From the human T2T-CHM13v2.0 reference genome, Homo sapiens, in the NCBI RefSeq assembly GCF_009914755.1, contig NC_060928.1: DNA of 64,000 nucleotides; one strand, written 5' to 3'. This document shows positions 55,370 to 64,000 of this stretch, in pieces. A program made the translations under genes and the position numbers. Below the pieces are notes generated by a model. The model had not been told where the DNA came from and did not search any database. It saw only the letters and a list, made by a program, of their open reading frames with translations. Each line of letters starts with the position of its first letter. The first letter of the stretch is position 1.

Positions 55370-56758
55370 TCTACACACTACTCATAGTGCAGAATCCACA
55401 AGTTAAAGGGCTTAGTCTCACAAGACTGTCCTCACTTCAGACACCAGTCCTCACCAGTCCTGGGTCTCCAGGGTACCCATAACTAATGTCCAGCTTGGCT
55501 ACAAATTCAGGGGTTTCTATGACCTCCTTTCAGGTTTAATACTCTGCTAAAAACAACTCAGAAAAACATTTACTCATGTTTACCCGTCATATACTTTGGC
55601 TGTGTCCCCACCCAAATCTCATCTTGAGTTGTAGTTCCCATAATCCCATGTGTCGTGGGAGGAACCCAGTGGGAGGTAATTGAATCATGGGGGCAATTAC
55701 CCCCATGCTGTTCTCGTGATAATGAGTGGGGTCTCCAGAGATCCCATGGTGTTTGTTTTTTTTTTTTTTTTTAGACCGAGTTTCACTCTTGTTGCCTAGG
55801 CTGGAGTGCAGTGGCATGAGCTCAACTCACTGAAACCTCCGCCTCCCAGGTTCAAACAGTTCTCCTGCCTCAGCCTTCCTGAGTAGCTGGGATTACAGGC
55901 ATGTGCCACCACGCCTGGCTAATTTTGTATTTTTAGTAGAGACAGGGTTTCTCCATGTTGGTCAGGCTGGTCTCAAACTCCCGACCTCAGATGATCTGCC
56001 CACCTCAGCCTCCCAAAGTGCTGGGATTACAGGTGTGAGCCACCATGCCTGGCTGATCCGATGGTTTTATAAAAGGCATTTCCCACCCTTCGCTCTGCAC
56101 TTCTTGCTGCTGCCACGTGAGGAAGTACATGTTTGTTTCCCCTTCTGCCATGATTGTAAGTTTCCTGAGGCCTCCCCAGCCATGCTGAACTGTGAGTCAA
56201 TTAAACCTATTTCCTTTATAAATTACCCAGTCTCAGGTATGTCTTTATTAGCAGCATGCGAACAAACTAATACAACTGGTTTATTATAAAGGGTACAACT
56301 GAGGAACAGCCAAATAACATAGATGCATTAGGCAAGGTATGGGGGAAAGAGGGGTGTGCAGAGCTTCCATGCTCTTTCTGAGTGTACTACCCTCCCAGCA
56401 CCTTGATTTGTTCACCAACCTGGAAGCTTCCTGAAACCTATGCTTTAGGAGTTTTTAATAGAGGTTTTATTGCACAGATATGATTGTTTATACCATTGGT
56501 CATTCGTGATTGAACCCAATCTCCAGCCCCTCTCCCCTTTCCAGAGGTCAGAGAGACAGACTAAAAGTTTCAACTCTCTAATCATTGTTTCCTCTTTCTG
56601 GTTACCAGTCCCTGTCCTGAAGCTGTCCAGGAACCCTGGCCACCAGTCATCTTATTAGCAAACAAAAGATACTCGCCACTTAGGACAGTCCAAGTGTTTT
56701 AGGAGCTGTATGCCTGGAACCAAGGACAAAGATGAAATATATTTTTTATTAAACCACA
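55370..56758. mobile_element. MER21-like LTR inside L1
   Basis: cacaagactgtcctcacttcagacaccag...caaattcaggggtttctatgacctcc...ttcaccaacctggaagct. Confidence 0.7.
55587..56274 (+). mobile_element. THE1/MST MaLR LTR containing an antisense AluS (55756-56053)
   Basis: tttggctgtgtccccacccaaatctcatcttg ... ccagccatgctgaactgtgagtcaattaaacc...aaactaataca. Confidence 0.9.
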
Positions 56759-58004
56759 ATAAAGAATTCTCAAAAGTCAAAATTTAAAAATCAAACAATC
56801 CAATTAGGGAATGGACAATAGACATGCCCTGACATTTTAACCAAAGAGGATATATAGATGGGAAATAAACACATGAAGAGATGCTCAACATCTTTAGCCA
56901 TCAGAGAAAAGCAAGTTAAAATTGCAATAGCATATTACTATGACACATCTATCAGAATGACTAAAACTAAAATTAGTGACAACATCAAATGCTGGCAAGG
57001 ATGTGGAGAAACTGATCGCTCATACAGCTGGTAGGAATGTAATATAGCATAACGACTCTGGAAAATACATTGGCATTTTTTTTTAACTTAGACTTACCTA
57101 TGATCCACAAATTGCGCTCTTGGCTATATATCCTAGGGAAATGAAAACTTATTTATTTTCATACAGAAATTTGTATATGTTTAGAGCAGCTTTATTTGTA
57201 ATAGTCCAAAACTGGAACTATCCAAATGTACTTAAATGGGCAAATGCTTGAACAAACTGTAGCACTGTATGCACTCTATGCAATACTATTCAGCAACAAA
57301 AAGGAAGGAACTACTGATACACACAACTTGAGTGAACCTTGAGGAAATTATTCTGAGTGGAGAAAGCCAATTACAAAAGGACACATAGTGCATGAATTCA
57401 TTCATATAACATTTGTGAAATAATGTAATTATAGAGATGGAGAACAGATTAGTGGTTGTCAGAGACTAGAGATGGAGGAGATGTAACAGTGTGGCTATAA
57501 AGTTGTAACATGAGGTAGTTTTGTGGTGATGATACCTTTATTTTGATGGTGGTGACAGTTACACAAAGCTACACGTGCGATAAAATTGCATACAGCTATG
57601 CACACATGCAATAACTGAAACCTGAGAAAGCTCTATGGATTATACTGATGTCAATTTTCTGGTTCCAATATTGTACCTGGTTTTGTAAGATGTTAACACT
57701 GAGGAAGGGTTGGTGTAGGGTACACAGGACCTCCCTGTATATTTCTTGGTACCTTTCTGTAAATCTATAGTTATTTCAAAGTAAAAAGTTTAATTACAAA
57801 AAAAGATACATAACTAATCTCCCATCATACCGCCTTTTCTAATTTTCATTAAAATGCCCATGAAGACAGAGAATAAAGAAGAAGATTTACACCAATGAAT
57901 CATCTGAGTATATCCTAATCTCTCCTAACCAGAAGACAAAAAAGTGTAAGCAGATTTTTACTCCAGATTTCCCCAGATTTTGCTTAAGGTAAAAGAAATC
58001 AAGA

Positions 58005-58266
58005 AACAGGAGGAGGAGGGGGAAAAGGGGAAAGACGAGGATAAAGAGAAAAAGCAGCAGGAAGAGGAGGTGAGGGGAGAAGGAACAAAAGAAAGAGAGT
58101 CAAGGGTGATGTCATGCCTATAGTCCCAGCTACTCAGGAGACTGAGGCAAGAAGATCCTGTGAGCCCAGGAGGTCAAGGCTTCAGTGAGCTATGACTGCA
58201 CCACTGCATTCCAACCTCAGAAACAGAGCGAGACCATGTCTCAAAAAAAAAAAAAAAAAAAAAAAA
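58005..58266 (+). mobile_element. GA-rich low-complexity tract followed by an Alu right monomer (58105-58266)
   Basis: ggaggaggagggggaaaagggg...; tagtcccagctactcaggag...A-tail. Confidence 0.85.
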
Positions 58267-58609
58267 GAGGAGAGACGACAAAACCACTTCATACCTGCCC
58301 ACTGTCTGATGGCTAACTCAAAGATGAAGAACTTGTGCCAACAAGAAAGGTTTGCAGTAATTCCTCCACCTTCCATTAATGATCTGAAGGACAGTAATGT
58401 TCTGTACTGTACCGTTTCCCTGATATCTTTATTTATCAGAGCAGAGATGCCAAATCCCAGAACACAATTGAGCAGGAAATAGAGACGGAAATAAGCCTAC
58501 ATCAAATTCTAAAAACTAATTTTCCTGCAGATAAAGCAATATATGTGGATTAGAGATAAAAATAATCCTGGTAGCAGTATGTGCAAGGATTATACACATA
58601 CATTTTTGT

Positions 58610-58914
<305 letters not shown>

Positions 58915-61045
58915 CTACACACACATTTTATGTTGACAAATTCTTTATTTACTGAGACATTAGAAAATTACATGTCAAAGAGTGCTTAAAGATATCCATT
59001 AATGGAATTTAACAGAGGCTATATAGCTTGCAAAATATGAAGGACAAAATAAAGAAAACGATACATAAAGTGAAAACTAAATCATTGAATAACAAGAACC
59101 TATTTTTCAAGAGAAACACTGAAATAACAGAATGATGAAAGAAATCAATTGTAACAACAAATATAAATAGACGAAGCCTCTCTGTTAAGACAAAGATTCA
59201 CATGATGGAAAATAATAATAATAGATCCTACATCACTTATTGTTTCACTTTGCTTTAGGTGTTTTCCTTACAAATAAAGTAAAACATTTTTAAAGATTTG
59301 CAACATTACTGTTAAATAAGAAGTAAAATTTAGAAACAAATAACATGAAATGAAACAAAGAACTTATTCTACATTGTTAAAGATCCAATAAAGATATAAC
59401 TATCATAAACCACTATGCAGCAAATAACAGACCAACAAAATATTATAAACCAAAAACTATTAGAACCACAATGAATAATCAATAAAAACATACAAATAGT
59501 GAAAATTTCAACTTATTACTTGGAATCACTTAGATTCGCTAAGAAAATTGGTGACATACTCAGCAGAATAGTTTCACAAGGAGTCATACAAGACAGACCA
59601 GCCTTTACTCTAGGCTAGTTTGGTCCTACTACGGAGGCATTGTCCTTCTGAGTATTCTCTTCAACACCTCATACAGTATAAGATTTCTTCAATTCAGATG
59701 ACAAAAACTTGAGAAATTTCCCGGTCTATGTGAACATCAGGAATTTTTCCACCTGCTTCTTTCTGGTAGTTCTTTCCCTTGCCTCAGGTGGGTTCACCAA
59801 ACGCATGATCTGAAAACTCAAGGGAAACTCTGTGGAGGTAGCTGGAGCTCTTTCTCTGCACAATACTCTTTTTTTTAGTTCTTTGTGAATTCTGTCCACT
59901 TTGACTTTCCCCAAATTCTCAATGAACTCTGTCTTCTCAATTGAGTGAGACTGATAGCTTGAAATCTCTTTCTAGGGAATCAGTAGAGAAACCATAGGGT
60001 TTACTTCCTTTTTTTATCTTCTTTGAAAAATTACTGTTTATACTGCCTGTTGTCCCATGTTTCAGAACCATCCTTTATAAATTTTGTCTGTATTTTGTTT
60101 AAGTAAGAGGGTAAATCTGTCCGTGTTGCTCCATCAGAGCCAGGAACAGAAATCCTTTAAAAATAATTTTAACTTTAAAAAAGAATGAAAAATATAAAAT
60201 AAAATACATGACCATGGAAAAATGAAAAGTGAGCTGGCAGAATTCACAGGAGGAATTAAAGATTTTCAATAAATAATTAGGAAAAGAAAAGCCACCTTTA
60301 AAACCACAAAATCATGAATGGTACAATAATATGAAGGTCAAGATTTATAAAAATCCTATTAAAAATAAAAATAGAAAATGACAGAAAGAGAAATTAGAAA
60401 GGAGATAATACAGAAACATGACACAGTAGCTCAACATATGCATAATAGGTATTGCTAAATTTACAGAATTAATGAAACAGCAGATTATTTGAAATTATAA
60501 AAGAAGAAAACCTTGTTAAAATAAGTAAAAATTTGAATTTGCTGATTAAACATGCACAATATCTCCTAGGTAAATAATTATGCTGAATAATCAACAGAAA
60601 GATGTATCTGAGAGCAGGATAACAATAACAATAGTAATAATAATAATTTCACTAAACAGACATAACTTTTGGGCCAAATAATAATCATAATAAAATACTC
60701 ATCTACTCAGCCTGAGAGAAAAACAATGGGTTTAATCTGACCTCCTACTTTTCCCATAACAACATTTAATGGCAGAGGAAAGTGGAGGAATATTTAGAAA
60801 ATCCTAAAGAGGAGGAGAAAAGATTAAACTGAAAAATATAATGCCCAATCCATTCGTTTTATGTCTATGGTAACAGAAAGGCCTTCTTAATTTTAAACAG
60901 TTTTGGGGAATAATGAAGCATTAATGGGTTGTTCTTTGAAAACAAACCAAAAAAAAACACCTAATAAAAAATCTACTCCAGAAGGTTTAAATAAAGAGAA
61001 AAAAATTCAAGGAAGAAAAATTCATGTTAGTAAAGTACTGGTAGT

Positions 61046-61180
61046 AACTAACTATTGGGTACTATGCTCAGTACCTGGATGACATGATCTTTCATACCCC
61101 AAATCTCAGCATCACACAATATACCCAGGTAACAAACCTGCACATATACCTCTGAGTCTAAAATAAAAGTTGAAAAAAAG
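61046..61180 (+). mobile_element. L1PB/MA-type 3' tip
   Basis: actattgggtactatgctcagtacctggatgac...gtaacaaacctgcacatatacctctgagtctaaaataaaagttgaaaaaa. Confidence 0.9.
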
Positions 61181-61733
61181 AGAGAAAACTAGCTTTATTT
61201 TTAATGGTTTGCTTTAATGTAACAGCGGTGTGTTAACTCAGTACAAACATTGAAGGTGATCAGAAAACTCATGAATTTTTATTATAGGAACTGTGGAATA
61301 TTCTATATATATCTGAAACTTATAGTTACTTGTTTTAGGATATCCATAATAAAACTCTTTCATGTGGTTTTCTGGGTCATTGTTTTCAGGAATAAGCTTG
61401 GTGTATAATATTGAATGCTCTTAGAAGTTGGATCTGCATATTTTCTCTTTTATCTCTACAAATTAAACAATACTAGGAACTATCTTCTATAAAATATAAA
61501 TTTAACAATATGTTAATGACTATCTATAAAGATAATATACTTTTAAAAAAGTACTGGTAGTGAACAATGAAAAATTAAAATATATAAAATAAGTTATATT
61601 TACTGTTGTACCACAAAATGAAAGTTTATAGACTTTGGCAAATGTAAAAGATATTTATTTTAAAAGGTGTTTGTTGGTAAAAAGTTTACATTTGCTAATA
61701 TCCTTATCTTTAAGAAGAAAGGTCAAAGGCTAC

Positions 61734-62093
61734 TGTATTAGTCCATTTTCACACTGCTATAAAGCTACTATCCAAGACTGGGTAATTTATAAAGGAAAAA
61801 GGTTTAATTGACTCACAGTTCTACATGGCTGGGGAGGCCTCAGGAAACTTACAATCATGGCGGAAGGAGAAGGGGAAGCAAGGACCTTCTTCACCTGGTG
61901 GCAGGAGAGAGAAGTGAGGATGCAGGAAAAACTGCCATTCATAAAACCATCAGATCTCATGAGAATTCACTCACTATCACGAGAACAGCATGGGGGAAAC
62001 TGCCTTCATAATTCAATCACCTCCCTCCCTTGACATGTGGGGATTACAACTGGAGATAAGATTTGAGTGGAGACACAGAGCTAAACTATATCA
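61734..62093 (-). mobile_element. MSTA/THE1-like MaLR solo LTR
   Basis: TG...CA termini with 5-bp TSD GCTAC. Confidence 0.9.
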
Positions 62094-62589
62094 GCTACTG
62101 AAAAAAGTTGATAAATTAAAAAAAAATTAAAAATAAAAATAAAAAAAAAGTAGACAAGGCTTAATTTTGTTGATGAAACCTATGACAGACTTCTAGACCC
62201 ACCTTACTTTCAAATTCTTGGGCACTTAAAATAATTACTTAAGTAATATAAAGTGTACAGAAGCCAACAGAGAATATGTTTCTTTGCCTTAGTCCTCCAG
62301 TCCTACCCTATGTATAACGTGCCCCCAGCATATACCCTTTGTATACATAGGACTGTTGTCTTACCACAGAAACTAAGAACTAGAATTGTTGGATCAAATG
62401 GAATGCACTTTTTAAATAGTAATATATGCTGCCCAACTATCTTCCGAAAAGCCTTCACTACATTATTATAATCTCACCAAAAGCACATAGATGAGAATAC
62501 CTATTGCCTATATTTATTAACACTGAATGTTATTGATCTGTTGAATAAAAAGTTATCTTAATATAAAATTTCAAAAAAAAAAAAAAATT

Positions 62590-63490
62590 GAAGATAAGCC
62601 ACAGACTGAAAGAAAATATTTGCAAAAGACCTATCTGATAAAGGATTGTGATTCAAAATATACAAAGAACCCTTAAAGTTCAACAAGAAAATAAGCCACC
62701 CGATTGAAAAATAGGCCCAAAAGACTTACCAGGCAGGGTAGATACCATGACCACAAGGGTAGTTTTCCCTAGGGCAAGGCTTCTCTATTCCACTGAAGAC
62801 TTGCTGATCCCTGTGATTTCTCCAAATGTGGGAAACTCAACTGCGTAATTTGTGGTAGCAGCATACTGCATTCATGCTTTTCCCCAGTAAATAAAAGGAA
62901 AAAATGAGCCAACAACCTGAACAGACACCTTACCAAAGAAGATATACAGATGGCAACTGAGCATATGAAAAGATGCTCCACATATATGTCAATAAGGAAT
63001 TGCAAATTAAAACAACGAGATCCAATTGCCCGCCCATTTGAATGGCCAAAATCCAAAACACTGATAATGCTACTGCTGTTGAGGATGTGGAAAAAGAACT
63101 CTTATTTATTGCTGATGGGAATGCTGTAAATAATATTACAAAGACATGTGTACCTGTATATTCATTGCAGCACTATTCATAATAGCAAAGACATAGAGTC
63201 AATCTAGGTGCCCATCAATGATGGATTGGATTTTTTAAAACATGGTACTATACACTATGAAATACTATGAAGCTATGAAAAAGAATAAAATCATGTCCTG
63301 TGCAGCAACATGGATGCAGCTGGAGGCCATTAACCTAAACAAATTAACATAGTAACTGAAAGCCAAATACCACATGTTCTCACTTATAAGTGGGAGCTAA
63401 CCTTTGGGTGCCCATGGATAAAGATGGCAACAATAGACAGTGGGGAATACAAGAGGAGGGAGGGAGGGAAAGGGGCAAGGGTAAAGTTGA
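62590..63490 (+). mobile_element. L1 ORF2 end and 3'UTR fragments (host of the U1 copy)
   Basis: gaaaatatttgcaaaagacctatctgataaagg...ccaaagaagatatacagatggc...gcagcaacatggatgcagctggaggcc. Confidence 0.85.
62722..62887 (+). pseudogene. RNU1-36P: Full-length U1 snRNA retropseudogene
   Basis: Colinear with U1: AGACTTACCAGGCAGGGTAGATACCATG...CAAATGTGGGAAACTCAACTGCGTAATTTGTGGTAG...TTTCCCCAG, A-rich tail, inserted in an L1; symbol recalled from position near SPP1/PKD2. Confidence 0.9.
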
Positions 63491-64000
63491 AATAATTTTT
63501 TTAATTTTTTAAAAGGATATTTTTTGGCTCATGGAGTCCAGGGGTGGATCTAGCTTCAATTAGTTCTAACTCAGGGGTTCAAATGATGTCCTGAGAACCT
63601 AGTCTTTCTCTGTCTCTTTGATCTACTCTCTTAAAATACAGATTCCTAGGACCTAGCTGAGACATAATGAATCAGAATCCCTAGAAGTTAGACTCCAGAA
63701 TCTTTATTTAAAATAAAACAAAACAAAAAAAACTTCCCAGAAGAATGTCATAAAGCTCTTATTGGTTAAATGTTTTATCCATGTATAGCAAGCTAGTTAC
63801 AAGCTTCTTGCAGGCATAAACAACTTCTTTAGCATCCTAATCATATCTAAGATTGTACGAAGGGGACATAAAACAGGTACTCTGCAAAGTCTGGTAGATC
63901 TGGGAATGCTGGAAGCCTCATTCATGTTGGCATCAAAAGGTATTTGAAAAAAAATTGTGATAAGCTTTGGAAAAATCTGGGCTAGTGAAAATTGGATTTA

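Larger units (their letters stand above)
52030..57805 (+). mobile_element. Old L1M (MC/MD-like) ORF2 and 3'UTR, fragmented by younger insertions
   Basis: ccaggcccagatggtttcaccggagaattttaccaaacattc ([14 protein letters not shown]), LNAFPLRLG, gataacgtgattatctatgtagaaaac (ADD-region), tail ~57800. Confidence 0.9.

Overview
This is human (primate) genomic DNA from the SIBLING/SCPP cluster on chr4q22, not prokaryotic sequence; there are no CRISPR arrays, tRNAs or rRNAs. The only protein-coding gene is SPP1 (osteopontin) on the + strand. It has a non-coding exon 1 (~38200-38289), six coding exons joined by phase-0 GT-AG introns that translate to the 314-aa OPN-a protein (ATG 39387, TAA 45384), an alternative intron-3 exon giving a signal-peptide-less N-terminus, and two AATAAA signals. 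The promoter shows a TTTAAA box, RUNX2, AP-1-like and Sp1 sites, a distal DR3 vitamin-D element, and apparently the -66G/-156GG alleles. The rest is mostly transposable-element debris: ERVL pol relic, L1s, about 20 Alus, MaLR/ERV1 LTRs, hAT MERs, MIR/L2, plus a U1 snRNA retrocopy. Unexplained structure found by eye: (1) a ~180-bp-arm inverted repeat at 12562-13287 whose five transition mismatches are all G-U compatible on the + strand; (2) an ungapped 110-bp, 88% identical dispersed duplication (8408/11281); (3) an L1 3' transduction bounded by a 14-bp target-site duplication (61032-61561). Repeat subfamily names and SNP/gene IDs are from memory, not from a database search, and repeat boundaries are approximate.
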